Below the pieces are notes generated by a model that was given only the letters and a program-made list of their open reading frames with translations, did not search any database and was not told the DNA's origin. 64,000 bases of DNA from the human T2T-CHM13v2.0 reference genome, Homo sapiens: assembly GCF_009914755.1 (NCBI RefSeq), contig NC_060944.1; one strand, 5' to 3'. Below, in pieces: positions 29,011-43,030 of the stretch. The first letter of the stretch is position 1. Each line of letters begins with the position of its first letter. A program made the position numbers and the translations under genes.

Positions 29011-29675
29011 TGCCATGGACCCCAGGCCAGCAGCTGCTGGCTGCTCCCTAAAGGTGAGAAAGTAGTTCTCACCTGCAGTTTCCAGGTGGGGTCAGCCCTG
29101 CCTCTGGGAGCTCAGAGACTGGGGAAGATGTGCTGCCCTCAGGTGGTGGGGGTGGGCCAGGGAGGCTGGGGCTTGTGTCTGGCCCTGGTTTTCCTCATTC
29201 TCCTCATCTGTATAATGGATCATTCTGTGGGGCCATGAAGAGAAGGCAGAGTATGGCACTTCTTGGATGGGACACCTGGGGCAACTGGGGGAATGGCAGT
29301 CACACACGGGAGCCCTTATTGAGCACCTGCTGTGTGCAGAGGCTTTCTCTGCTCTGCTTCTCTTGACCCCACATCAAAGGTCAGGAGTAGGTGCTGTCAT
29401 TCTCCTCCCAGCCTCCGGATTAGGCACTGAGAGGGAAGGGCCAGCACTGGGTCCTAGAGGGAGGGCATGGTGGACAGAGGAGGTCATGTGACTAGCCACT
29501 GAGCTGCCCAGCCCAGCTAGAGATGCCTGCACTGCAGCCGGCTCTGTCCCCCAACCTCCTCAATATTCCTGCCTGCAGCTTCTCATCCATATGAGCGGGG
29601 TGGAGCAGAGCCCAGAGCTGACGTGCAGCCCCAGGAGCTGGCTCCAGATGGGAGTTACTGGGGCAGGGGCTTTCC

Positions 29676-29795
29676 AGGAGCGAGGAGGAGGAGAGAGAGG
29701 GAGGCAGAAGGAGGGGGAGAGCAGGGAGAAGAAAGGGAAGGGGAGTGCAGGGGAGGAGGAGAGTATGAAAGAGGAGAGAGAGAGAAGAGGTGAGG
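29676..29795 (+). repeat. Polypurine low-complexity tract
   Basis: ~115 nt, almost all G/A. Confidence 0.8.
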
Positions 29796-32700
29796 CCGGG
29801 GCTCTCCCCATGCCTGATGAGCACTGGCAGTAGGACACAGCAAGCTGTATGCTAGGAAAGAGTGCGTATCTGGGGACTTGGAAACTCTGCAGTAGAAGGG
29901 AGCACCAAGAGCATCCCATCCTCTCTAGATCTTGCTTCCCTTGCCTCCTTGACACCTTCCAGAGTCAGGAAAAAGTACCTGCAGTTTGTAGTGAGAATCC
30001 AGATTGGCTTTCACTGCTACATGGCTCTGGCAAGTCACTTTCCCTCTCTGGCCTGTTTCCTCACCTGTACACTGGGGGAACAGGAGGGGAGTTGGGGGCA
30101 CAGGCTGAGCAGATGATGGCTTCTGGGATTCGCGACAGGAAGGATCTCCCCTGTGTCTGTCTAGATGAACAGAATCTTGCTGAGAGCTTGTTCATCCCTA
30201 ATGGCAATGGTGATGATGGTGATGATGATGCTGATGGTGCCATTAGATGAGTATTTTAAAACTCTTTTTTTAACTTTTCTGAGATGTTAGAGAAAAAGCC
30301 AAAAAAAGGCTTTGAGTTTCAGAAGATCTGAGATATGCCTGGACCAAGAGAAGAACCAGAGGAAGGTCACAGCCACAGCCACAGAAGGTAGCAAGCACTC
30401 CCCACTGGGGACCAGGAGTGTCAGAGGGGGCAGAGAGAAATTATTGTTTACATGAACCAAGGGAGACCGAAACCTGCTCATCTGTAGCCATTTGGTAAGG
30501 AAGTACCTGCAGCCAGGTCAGCTGAACTCCCATATCAGAGATCTTAGGCCCTACGGCACTCTCCGGTGACCTGACTGACCCTAGCTCAGAATTTTCAGGC
30601 TAGGTGAATGGATGCCTGGAGAGGACATTCCACCCCAAGCTGAGGCACTGGACCAGGTGACCTTCTGATCCTGCAAGCCATCAGTTCAAGCCATCAGCTC
30701 TCAGCCAATGTTTCCCAAGCATCCGACACCCAGGGGATTCAAAGATGGATGAGAGTGAGAGGTGAGACTTGGGGTAGGAGGCCCAGTGGGAGGTGATGAC
30801 AGCATCCTGGGAAAGATGACGAGGCCTAAGCCAGAAAGATGGACCATGAGAGAAGCCTAGGCCACAGGATGGGCTGGGCCAGCTGCCTGGGGGATAGGTG
30901 GGAGCCACAGGAAGCCCCCAGGGCACAGCCTGTGGCTGGGTGGTGGTGTCACCCTAAACAGAGACAGACAGGCAGGAGGAGGGTGTTTGGAGAAGAGCAG
31001 GGAGTCGTCTCAGGCAGCTTTGGAGTTGAGACACCCATGGACCCTCAGGGAGGTGTTGGGGGAGATCCAGGTCATGGGTTTTGGGCTCAGGATCCCATCA
31101 ATGCCAATTTTGTGTCATCACGGAGCAGGATGGAGACCTGGGACCTGAGAGATTGGAAGAACATTTATGCATTCATGCATTCACTCATGCTACAGACATT
31201 TATTGAGTACCTACTGTGTGTTCGGCACTATTCTAGGCCCTGGGAACCCAGAAGTGAGCAAAAGAGACATGGCGCCTGCCCTCTGGGAGCTCACACACCA
31301 AAAGAAATGTTTTTAAGAGCATTAGGTAGGGATAAGTTCTAAGAAAAAAAAACACAACAAAGCCAGCAGAGGGACAAAGGGTGGAAGAGGAAGGTGGTTA
31401 TTTCATACGGGGAGGACAAGGAGGGCCTCTGGGGAGATGGCGCTGGAGAGGATAGGAGGCTGGGGTAAGCAAAGTGGGAGTCTGGGAGAGGGAACTCCAG
31501 GGAGTAAGGGTTCTTGCTTTTATTCGGATGCATGGTTAGCCCTGGGAGGAGGGAGAGGATGTAACTTAGGTTTTGATGGGGATTCTTTGGTCTGCTGCAT
31601 GGAGAACAGGAGGTGGGGGCCGAGTGTTAGCAGGGAGCCAGGGGGGCAGCCAGGACAGCTATCCTGCCTGGAGCCAGAGGTGGTTGTCAAGCTTGTCTGC
31701 TGTTTAATACCTTCTAAAACTCCAGGAATTAGTTCGCATCCTTCATTCCTCAGTCATCGCCCAGACTGTCTCCTGGGTCCCTCTCCCTTTCCTTGGTAGC
31801 TCTCACTTAGGGACTCTGAAGAGTCCCATCTCAGACCCCCCAGGATGTCTCCTGTACCCTCATGCCCCGCCAGGGCCAAGCCTGCTTTGCACACCTCTGT
31901 AGTCAGTGCTTCTCCGAGGGTACACAATAGGTGCTCACACTGCTGAAAGACGAAAGCATGACAGGGCATTCTACAGCAGCCCTGGTCTTGGGCCAAAACC
32001 ACAGTGGCATCCTCAGCTCCTTGCTTCCTCCCACTCCGCATCCAATTCACCAGCAGAGCTGATGGGCTCTACCTCCAGAACCCACCAGAATCTTACTGGC
32101 CACACCCCCTCCTAGCCCCGTTCTGCTCCAGGCCTCCGGTACCTTGCACCTGATGGCTGCAGCGGCCACCTCTTTGGGCTTCTTCCTTCCACCCTGCCTC
32201 CTACAGTCTATGCTGTTGAAATCGAATCACGGGTGTCTGTCTCTGCTCACAACCTTGCAGTGGCTCCCATGACACTCAGAACAAAAGCTGAAGTCCTTCC
32301 AGTGGCCCCCCCCCCAGCTGCATGGCCTGCCCTGCTGTCACCTCTCAGACCTCCCCGCACCCTTGCTCCCTCTCCTCTGCTCCAGCTACACAGGCCTTCG
32401 CCCCATGGTTCTCCAGGCACACACCGCTGCGGATGCATTCCCTCCTCACGGTCAAAATACATGCAGCTCCCTTTGCAGAACGTTCCCTCAAATACCTGCC
32501 TGGCCCACTCTATCATTTCCCTTGTTCTCTGGGTTCAAATGTCACCTCCTCTGAGAAGTACTCTCTAATGATCTGACCTCAAGCAGCCACCCAGGGCCGC
32601 CACTTGCCCTCTTTCTTCTTCATTTTGCTTCACCATCTGACATAGTAGATTATCTCTTACTGCCTCTTTCCCCTACTAGTCCAGAGGGAGACATACTATA

Positions 32701-32986
32701 CTGTCGTATCCCCAGCACCCAGGAAGGCTTGGTCCGTTCAGCCCTTGGTCAGGGCTGAATGGATTTCTGTTGGATGAATGAAGGGACGGCAGTTAAAGAG
32801 CCAGGTTGCCAGCTGACATTGCCCAATCTTGCTGTGTGGCCTCAGACCCACCCCTGCCCCTCTTTGTGCAGCTCAGAGACAGCCCTCTGTGCTCAGGGAA
32901 GGCCTCTTGGATGGACACTCCACCTGCTGATTGTGACAGACCCCAAAGCCGCCCTCTGCCCCCTGCAAACCTCCCATGCCCCGTAC

Positions 32987-33295
32987 CTTCTTCAGCCACT
33001 GCGTGTTGTTCTGCAGTGCCTGCTCCAGCTGTTTCACCTGCTGGGTGGGCAACTTCCCCAGGTGCAGTGGGTTGGCCAGTGATTCTCTCTGGAGGGTGTT
33101 GGAGTCCCTGGAGACCTCAGGCCCCGGAGGGCAGGGCTCAGACTTGGGCAGCAAGAAGGTGTAGCTACAGTGGCCGTGCTGGACTACAAGTGTCTCGCAG
33201 CCCCTATCCGCCTCCTGCCTTGTCTGTTGAGCCACAGACATGGTGGCAACCACAAGGAGGAGGCTGCCCTGCAGCATGGCTAGCTGGGAGAGCAT
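32987..33295 (-). CDS. ANGPT4: Angiopoietin-4 coding exon 1 (aa 1-103; signal peptide, cysteine pair, start of coiled coil)
   Basis: ATG at 33295. Angiopoietin motif QHGHCSYTFLLP. Ends AAG|GTACGG donor, phase 0, 309 nt. Confidence 0.97.
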
Positions 33296-33437
33296 CTGAA
33301 GATGTGTCAATGGCGAGGGATGTCTGCTCAGAGCCCTAGGGGCTGTGCCTGGGATGTCCTGCTGCAGCCAACAGTGGCCAGGCTTGCCTGCAGCTGCAGC
33401 TACAAACCTCTGTCTGGCCGAGCTCTGTCCAGGCAGC

Positions 33438-33445
33438 TATTTATA
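33438..33445 (-). promoter_or_regulatory. TATA box of ANGPT4
   Basis: Minus strand reads TATAAATA, 150 nt upstream of the ATG. No ATG lies between it and the start codon. Confidence 0.8.
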
Positions 33446-33600
33446 CTTGCTCTGAATACCACGGCTGCTCTGCTTGCTTCCTCTCACCGCCTCCCTCCGC
33501 CCCCACCCGACACCCTCTCACCTCTATTCTTCCCTCCTTCCCTTCCTCCTTCCTCAGTCTTGGTGGCACGTCGCCCTTACCCTAAGCGTGCACCAACCTT
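33446..33600 (-). promoter_or_regulatory. ANGPT4 proximal promoter (GC/CACCC box, RCGTG cores)
   Basis: CCGCCCCCACCC at ~33497-33508; CACGT at 33567-33571; GCGTG at 33586-33590. Motif matches only. Confidence 0.55.
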
Positions 33601-33678
33601 GCTCTGTCTGCCTCACCTCTGAGCCCTCTGATTATCCAGTGAGGCCTGGCTTCCCTGCTGGAGGGGAGGGAAGAAAAC

Positions 33679-33770
33679 AGCACACAGACACGCGCACACA
33701 CTCATGCACACACTCACGAGCACACACTCACACGCACGCTGACACGCACACACATTCATGTACACACAAA
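33679..33770. repeat. Imperfect (CA)n/(CG) repeat upstream of the ANGPT4 promoter
   Basis: cacacagacacgcgcacacactcatgcacaca... Confidence 0.85.
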
Positions 33771-35715
33771 CGCCAAGCTCCAATGCTGCCCGCTTTGGAA
33801 AACCAAATGCAACTTAACTCTCCCTTCCTGTCTCTGTCTTGGTCTCCCTCTTTCCCTCCACCCCCATCCCCTGCCCCCCAAGTCTAAGATCTCAAGTTTC
33901 AGTCCCGCTGCCATCCCCTTCTCTCCCCGCTGCACCTTCCTCCCTCTGGTTCCATGTTAGCGCTTGGAGTACAAGTGACCCCCGGAGAGAGCAGAGGGAG
34001 GGGAGGAGGCAGAGGGGTGAGGCTGGGGAGGGCCCAGCGAATCCACTTTGCTTCTGGAGACACAGAAAATCCTTCCAAGGTGGGGCAAGTGAGCAACCCA
34101 GCTGGGAGTTGCTTCCTGTCCTCTCTTCTCCCTCAGGGCCAGGGGAAAGTGGTATGCCCCAGGATGGCCCTGGCTTGGTTGCTTGTAACAGTAATGAGAA
34201 GTTGTCATGTCCTGGGGCAGATTGTCCTGGGGCTGCTGGAGTGGGGATGTGGAGAGGAGGCAGTGGGGAGAGGAGGTTGGAGTGCCAGGAGGCTAACCCT
34301 AGATCTCGCTCCCCGACAGCTGGCCACGAGACCTAGGGTGGGCAGCTGTGCCTCTCTGGGCCTCCACACCCTGATCTGTAAACTGGGTAAACCTTATCTC
34401 TTGCAGGAGGAATGCGTGTGAGTCCTCAGCATGGGGATGGAGAAGTTTTCAGCTTCTGGGTTCAAATCCTGGCTCTACCATCTACCAGCTGTATGACTTT
34501 GAGTAAGTCACTTAACCTCTCTGTGCCTTCATTTCCTCCTGAATGAGGAAAATAATACCACCTACTTCACATGGCATGAAAATTAGGTGAGTTAGAGCAA
34601 GGTTGGCACAGAGCGAGCACTAAATAAATATTTTCCGTTGTCAATGTTATAGTTGCCATTGCACCTCCCCTCCCACGACCCACTGGAGCATAAACTCCTC
34701 TAGGGCAGGGATTTGTCCCTGGGGGACATGGTCTCCAGGCAGAAGGTGCCCAGGAGTTGGTGGGGCCTTTCCTGCATGGGCTGCCTTTATGTTCTGCCAG
34801 CTGTTTGGGCTTTTCCTCTCTCCCTGCTTGTTTCCTCAGAGTAGGGGCCAGTCTGGCTGTTTAGTATTTTCCTTTTTGTTCTCTCAAATCCCGATAGAGT
34901 TTTGAATTGGGGCAGGCTGCTTCTGGGCAGCTGTGAACTGTGGTCTCATCTGGGGACTGAGAACATTATACCAGGTGTGGGGCTTTGGCAGGCAAAGGAA
35001 AAGCAGCTGGTTATCAGCCTCCAGCCTCCCCTGAGCCTTCCCACATGCTCTGAGCTCTGCGTGCCCCGCTTGGCCCCAGTTGCCTCAGCTGTAAATGGGG
35101 TCATAGCACCCTGACCATGTGAGAGTAATGTGGACTGATAGCTTATCACAGCTCTGGGTGCAGAGAAGGGCAGTGTGAATGGTGGTCGTCATTATGATTG
35201 TCTTGACTGAGCTGCTTGATAATCCCAACGAGGCAGTTACACCAGGCCCCAAGCTTAGATGGGCCCCATGCTTGGTTTACACTCTGCCAGCACTGTCTTG
35301 AAATTCTTAATACATTTGGAACAAAGTACTCAGCACTTGCATTCTTCATTGAGTTCCACAAATTAGGTAGCAGGCCCTGCCTGGGAAACATGAGGCTTCC
35401 CTCATCCCTCACTCTGCTCCTGACCTTACCATCCAATCAGACCTGTTCTTCCAACATGATCCTTTAGATATTTCCCCCTCTGTCACCTCTTCACTACTCA
35501 GAATGCTGGAGCCAGCACATCTGGATCGGAATCTTGGCTTTCCTGACCCCCTATTTGTGTGCCTTTTGCCAAGTTGCCTAACCTGTCTCTCAGTTTCCTC
35601 TTCTGTCAAAATAGTGATGTTACAGTGGCTAAAAGACCGATTCCTGCAGTGAGGTTAACACAGAGCCTTTCACATAATACATGCTCAACCAGTGACAGCT
35701 GTCATCATTACTCCC

Positions 35716-36072
35716 TGCTATGATATGAATGTTTGTGTGCCCCCAAATTGATCTATTGAAACTTAGTCAACAAGGTGATGGTATTAGAAGGTGGGGCCTT
35801 TGGGAGTGAATAGCTCATGAGGACTCTGCCTTGGGAATGAGATTAACGCTCCTATCAAACATGTCCTAGACAGCTGGCCTTCCCTTTTGCTAGGTGACGT
35901 TGCAGTAAGAAAGCACCGTCTATGAAGCAGGGAGCTCTCACCAGACACCAGATCGGCTGGTGCCTTGATCTTGGAATTCCCAGCCTCCAGAACTGTGAGA
36001 AATAAGTTTCTGTTGTTTATAAGCCCCCCAGCTTAGTGCATTTTGTTATAGCAACCTGAATGGGCTAAGACA
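35716..36072 (+). mobile_element. MLT1A-like MaLR solo LTR
   Basis: TGCTATG...ggtggggcctttgggag...ccagcctccagaactgtgagaaataa...CTAAGACA. Confidence 0.8.
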
Positions 36073-36180
36073 CCCCACCATCACTCTCTTAGACCGGGGT
36101 GCTTCCTCTCTTGTAGGGAGAACAACAGCCTCAGAAGTGAACTCTGGTTAATTGGCCTTTGCTATTGCAACCAGAGTGAC

Positions 36181-36593
<413 letters not shown>

Positions 36594-38714
36594 TGAACTC
36601 CAACTCTTTCTGTGGTTTACAAGCCCCTGCCGGATGTGGCCTCCATTCTCATCACTGTTTCCCTGGCACTTTATACCTTATCATTTGGAATTGGTTTTAC
36701 TCCCCCGCATGCTTTCCGCCTTCTGAGGCCTCAGTGTCTATGCTCCTAGCAGGAAACTTCTGCTTAAAAACTTCCCCCCACCTGTATTGTCCCAGCTTCG
36801 TTCTGCCTGTCTTTTGATCTTATCTCAGGGATCACCTCCTCTGGGAAGGCTTTCTGCATCTGTCCCTCCCACTTCAATGGGAGTAGGCCTTCTGCCTCTG
36901 GGAGCTCAAAGGCCCCTGCCTGCCTGTCCCTCACCAAAGCACTCATCCTGCATTAGAAAGGCTTGTTTGCAGGCCTTGGTCACCGTCTAGACTGAACACT
37001 CTTCTAGGTTTGCTGTCACACTTTCCATTTCTGTGTTTGTTGCCTGTCCTAAGGTTAGGCTCACAGTGGGTCCTCATGAGTGTTATGTTGAATGAATAGG
37101 AGCTGCAGGCCCAAAGCAGAGAGGAAGGCAGTCCCCCTTTCCTCTCCAGCAGGGGCAGCAGGAAGTTCTGTGTGAGTTGTTCTGAGTGTCTGGCCTCCAA
37201 ATCCTAAAAACAAACCAACCCATGTTGATTTTCCCATTGTCTGCTGCTACCATGGAGGTAGAGAACGGAGAATAAACTTATATCCACCTGGATACTTTGG
37301 CTTTTGTTCAAATAGCTTGGGTAAAAAGGGAATTTATTGGCCAATTTAACTGAAAATTTTAGGGGTATCGAGCTTCAGGCATGGCTGGATCCAGGTGCTC
37401 AAATGATATTAGATTTTTTTTTTTTCCTCCAACTCCAGGCTCTTATTTTCCTTCATTTCCTTATTTTCCTTTGGGTTCATTCTGTAAGAGTTCCCACCAT
37501 AATCACCACCACTACTGGCAACAGCAGCTCCAATCTATCAACTCAGTAACCTCTTTTAAGAGTGCCTCTTTCCTAATAGTTCTTGGAAAAGTTCCAGCTT
37601 GAGCCGTACAGTCATTCCTGAACCAACTATTATAGCCAGAGGAAGGAGCTACTGTGGATGGTCAGGCTGGATCCTGTGTCCAGGCCTGGAGCCTTGGAGC
37701 AGGTCAACCTCACAGGATCGGAAGGGACTAAGGGTGGGGTACAGTGACGCTCAAGAAAACCTGGAGTAGAATGATCAGGAGGCGGGTGGAGTTGTTGGGC
37801 ATAAAGCACCTGCCTGCCTGCACCCTGACTCTCCATCCCGCCACCCACCAAGTGAACCCACCTCCCGCTCAGAGCTGATGGACTCTTGGAGTAACTAGAG
37901 ATGCCATGGACCCTTACCTTGCATTTCACTCATGAGGAAACTGATACTCAGAGAGGGAGGCCACTTGCCCAGTGTTACATGCTGGAATCTATTTTCCTGG
38001 AAGAACAGAACTTCCTGCTCCTAGGAGTGAAGGGTGGGAAAACAGGGTCATTCCGGGAGGACCACTTGCCAATTTGGGGTCCTGAAGTACCTGGATCCAA
38101 AAGAAGAAGATTGTCCCCAGTCTGAATCTCCCACTCTGGGGAGAGGGTCACTCCTGGGTTGTTCCCACAATCCAGCCCTTCTGCCAGCCCCTCCCTTGGC
38201 AACTCCTTGCATTTCAACACCCTGGATGATCATTGAGGGTTGCACGTGGGGCAGCTGAAACAGACCCCAGGCCTCTGGTCCTGTGCTGCTCATGCCCCTG
38301 AGGACACTGCCTGGGCGTCTCCCAGAGCTACTGATGGCAACATGGCAAGAGCCTGGTGGGAAGCTCTGGGGCCATCGACAACCCCGGGGGATGGTCTGTG
38401 TGTCCTCAGAAGGTCTGGTGGTGAATCTTGTGCAGCAGACATCATGGTGGCCCCGTGAGCCTTTCCACCCAAGACAGAAGTCGGTTGACTGCCCGCCTCC
38501 ACTTTCTACCAACCCAGACCTAGAGCCAAACAGAATTCCTGGATCACAAGGGGCCTAGGGTGGGTTTTGAGGTCACCCTGTGACCCAGGCCCAGCTGTTA
38601 AGAGCCCCACATTCCTGATGCTCAATCTTGACTTCCCTTCAGTAGATGAGACTCAGTTTCCTCATCTATAACATGGAGAAAATAATCCCTCACTGGGAAG
38701 GCGGTGGTGGTGGG

Positions 38715-39590
38715 GTCTTCCAGTTACTGATACTGTGTAACAAAGTATCCCCACATCTAGTGGTTTAAAGCAGTGGCAACATCTACTTTACTCACAAATC
38801 TGCAATTGTGGCCAGGTTCCCTGGGAAAAGCTCAACTGTGCTCCATTCCGTGTCAGCTGGAGCAACTTGCAGGCTGGGGTTTGCATCCAAAACTCATCCA
38901 CTCACATATCTGAAACCTCAGCTGGGGCACTCAGCAAGGACAACTGCATATGGCCTCTTCATGTGGCTAGGGGCTTCCTCATGGCATGGTGGCTGCTTCC
39001 CAGAGCAAGCATCTCAGGAGAGAGATTTGGGCAGAAGGTAGGTGATCTTTATGACCTAGCCTCATGGATCATGCAGGGCCAAGTCCTCTGTATCTAGTCA
39101 AAGAAGCAACCACAAAGTCCCACTCAAGTTCCAGGGGAGGAAGAACAGACTCTACCTCTTGATGAGGAGGATCAAGGTTTCAGAAGAAGGTATAGGATGG
39201 GGGATAGTGTTGTGGCCATTTTTATTTATTTATTTTGTTTATTTTTAAATTTTTATTTATTTATTTATTTTTGAGAAAGAGTCTCCCTCTGTTGCCCAGG
39301 CTGGAGGGCAGTGGTGTGATCTCAGCTCACTCTAACCTCTGCCTCCCGGGTTCAAGCAATGCCCGTGCCTCAGCCTCCCAAGTAGTTGGGATTACAGGCA
39401 CATGCCACCAAGTCTGGCTAATTTTTGTATTTTTAGTAGAGACAGGGTTTCACCGCATTGGCCAGGCTGGTCTCGAACTCCTGACCTCAAGTGATCCACC
39501 TGCCTCGGCCTCCCAAAGTGCTGGGGTTACAGGTATGAGCCATAGTGACCGGCCTGTTATGGCCATTTTTAGAAAATACAACTGGCCATG
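38715..39590 (-). mobile_element. MLT1 MaLR LTR interrupted by an Alu
   Basis: gtgtaacaaagtatcccc...tagtggtttaaagca...ctctacctcttgatg; resumes after the Alu. Confidence 0.6.
39224..39554 (-). mobile_element. Alu (S-like)
   Basis: Reverse Alu with (TTTA)n tail; TSD TGTT(G/A)TGGCCATTTTT. Confidence 0.93.
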
Positions 39591-40506
39591 GGAGGGTCGG
39601 ATGAGAAAATGCCATTTAAGTGTTTAGCATGTAAGTGCTTGATAGTTGGTAGCTGTTATTATTATCTTTGCGATTATTGGAAAGACCCAGCATCTCTTTG
39701 CATAAAAATATCCTTCAGAACCTGTGAGAGCTAAAGGTGCAGGAGGAAGCAGGATAATTTCCATCAGGGCTGCTGGAGAAATTGGCCCAGAAACCCACTG
39801 GATTTGTCCCAAGTCACCCAGTGTATCAGCAGCACCCAGTCTGAGCAAGACTGGCCTGGGACATAGCTGCTTCTTCTGTTAGTAACGCTGTTACTACTTC
39901 CTGGGGTATCTTCCTTGGCCTCAGCTTCCTCTCTGAACCATGAGAGCATCCTGGCTCTGCCTCCTCAGAGGCTGAGGGGATAAGGGCGGAGGACATGCAT
40001 TCTCTTGGCTGTGCCCAGTCTGGGCCACCAGCCATGCCTGTTCTTTCTCAGGCCTGGGGAGCTCGGTTGCCTCTGAACCCACATCTGGCACTCCCTCCAG
40101 GATATGAAGAATAAGCCTGCCAGGTCAGAGGGCAGATCTATTTTGGAACCTGGGACCCCATAAAGACCCAGAGGACCCTGTGACCGAGAAAACCAACAGG
40201 CCCCTCTGTGTTTTGTTTTCATTAAACAAGCACAACATGTCCCTCATAGAAAAGCCAGAAAATACATATTGGCAAGAAAGCGAAAATAAATGTTGCCTGT
40301 GCTCTCACCAGCCAGAGGCAAAAACCATAGCTAACATTTTGGAGTTTTTTCCCCCCAAATAATTTTCCTCTGCATATAGATGCATATTTTTTTTGGTAGA
40401 TTTTCTAGCAAAAAAAAAAAAAAATCAACAAACAAAGGAATATTGTCTCAACAATTTTTTAATTTTCTTTTACTTACTTTGGATTTTTCTTCTGGAAAAA
40501 AATTTA

Positions 40507-40635
<129 letters not shown>

Positions 40636-40668
40636 TACTGAAATCTCCAGACTTCCAATTGGAATTTA

Positions 40669-40972
<304 letters not shown>

Positions 40973-41839
40973 TCAGACAAGTGCACAGGATAACAAAATA
41001 CACCCCCATATAGTCATCACTCCAAGTGGGCCCATGTTAACATTTTGCATATTTGTCTTCGATTGTTAAAACAATGAAATATTACAGGAAATGTCAGTAT
41101 TCCTTATAACTCCTTCTTGGTCTCATTTTCTCTCCCACCCTGCCCATAGGTTCATATCTAGGTATATAAATAATGTATAATATTTTTGTGTTCTCAAAAC
41201 TTAAGTATATGCTGTTATACTGAATGCGACGTCCTGCTTATATTATATTTTCCAGATTGATATAAATGACACATATAGATCTTGTGACCAAGGACATTTT
41301 CTTTTCACTGCTGTGCAGCATTGCATTATGTAATTTTTAACTCTTTATCCAGTTTTTGGCAGATGGATATTTAAATTAATTCAGTTATCTTGTTATTCCT
41401 GACAATACTGCTATTACCATCTTATATGGGAATACTTGTGCTTACAAGCAAGGGCTCCTCTGGGGAACTAATCCAGGCATGCTCCTCCTGGGTCGTGGAA
41501 TATATGTGCTGCCAGCCTGAGGCAGTTGCCAAATTGTGCTCCAAGTCTCTCTGTCGAGTTAATTCCAGTAGGGTGCCGGGGTCTCCATCGCTCCGCACCC
41601 CTGCCATCCCTTGAGATGGTCATGCTTTACCTTTGTTCCAATCTGATGGCTGTGAAATCGTACATGTAATTACATAGCCTGCTTTCCCTACTTAATAGTA
41701 TATTACGGAACTATTTTCCTGTGCAGAATATTGTTCTATATGTGGGTGTTTCAAGGTGGCATAAGCTGAAAGCCTCCATTGGGGTGTTGCTGGGATTTTC
41801 TTAACCAATTCCCTATTGTTGGACAACAGGGTTTGTTTT

Positions 41840-42322
41840 TGTGGTAGGATTGCAAAACTGACCACAGATGCTACCCACCCCTATAAGCATGCTCCTTTGC
41901 AGTGTGACTCTGCAGTTCTCCCTATTAAGAGGCAAAGTTCACTTCTCCACTCCCTTAATGCTGACTTGGGCCATGTGACTTGCTTTGGCCAATGGGACAT
42001 TTTCAAGCAGAGGCTTGAAAAGGGCTTGTGCTCTGGGGCTTGCTCTCTTGCTGCACCTGGGGCCCTGAGACCACCATGTGAATGAGTCCTGGCTAGCCTG
42101 AGGGATGATGAGACACACTTGGCCAAGTCATCCTGTCATCCCAGCTGATACTAAACCATCCACCAGATTTGTGAGTGAGGCCATCCTAGACCATCTATCT
42201 AGCCCAGCCAAACTGGTGCGGACCAGAAGCAAAGTCCAGTTGGCCTGCAGAGATGTGAAAAATAAATGTTTTAAGCCACTAAATTTTAGAGGTGGTCTGT
42301 TAGACAGCAAGCCTGATACAGT
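41840..42322 (+). mobile_element. MLT1 MaLR LTR
   Basis: tgtggtagg...ccatgtgacttgctttggccaatggga...ttttaagccactaaatttt. Confidence 0.65.
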
Positions 42323-42716
42323 TCCACCCAGCATTTTCTTTGCTCAACCAGTTACTGGCTGGGAACCTTGGGCAAGTTGCTGAGCCTTAGTTTTCTCCTC
42401 AGTACAATGGGGGATTACATACGCACTCCTCAAAGTCGTTGTGAAGATTGGATGAGATGGCACCTGTCAGTATCACATGGCGGGGACCCCATAACCAGGG
42501 GTTCCTCTTTCACATCACGGTGGTCTTAGATGTGACCTGTGACCTTTCTTATTGCTTCTTGGTTCTCCCTGCTGCCTCTTTCTCAAAAATGTACTCATCC
42601 TTCCAAGTTTTCTGGAGAGTATCAACATGTAAGTGTAAATCACAATCCCTAGTGCTCTCCAAGACTTGCAGGTATCTCCTCCTTCCAGGGCCTTCCCTCT
42701 TGAAATTAGGCATAGT

Positions 42717-43030
42717 GGCTGTGTGCAGTGGCTCATGCCTGTAATACAAGCACTTTGGGAGGCCGAAGCAGGCCGATCCCATGAGGCCAGGAGTTGGAGA
42801 TCAGCCTGGCCAACAGGGCGAAACTTTGTCTCTACTAAAAATACAAAAATTCACCGAGCGTGGTGGTGCATGCCTGTAATCCCAGCTACTCAGGAGGCGG
42901 AGGCATGAGAATCGCTTGAGTCTGGGAGGCGGAGGTTTCAGTGAGCCAAGATGGCACCACTGCACTCCACACTCCAGCAAGACCCGGTCTCAAAAAAAAA
43001 AAAAAAGTAAGGAAAAGAAAAAGAAAAGAA
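42717..43030 (+). mobile_element. Alu (S-like) abutting the ERV 3' LTR
   Basis: Full dimer with A-rich tail; no TSD found. Confidence 0.92.

Noticed and set aside
33296-33310. MTHLQ N-terminal extension in the ORF track
   Set aside because: Starts at TTG; the first ATG is at 33295.
32806-33339. 177-aa ORF antisense to exon 1
   Set aside because: Antisense shadow with a non-ATG start and no homology.
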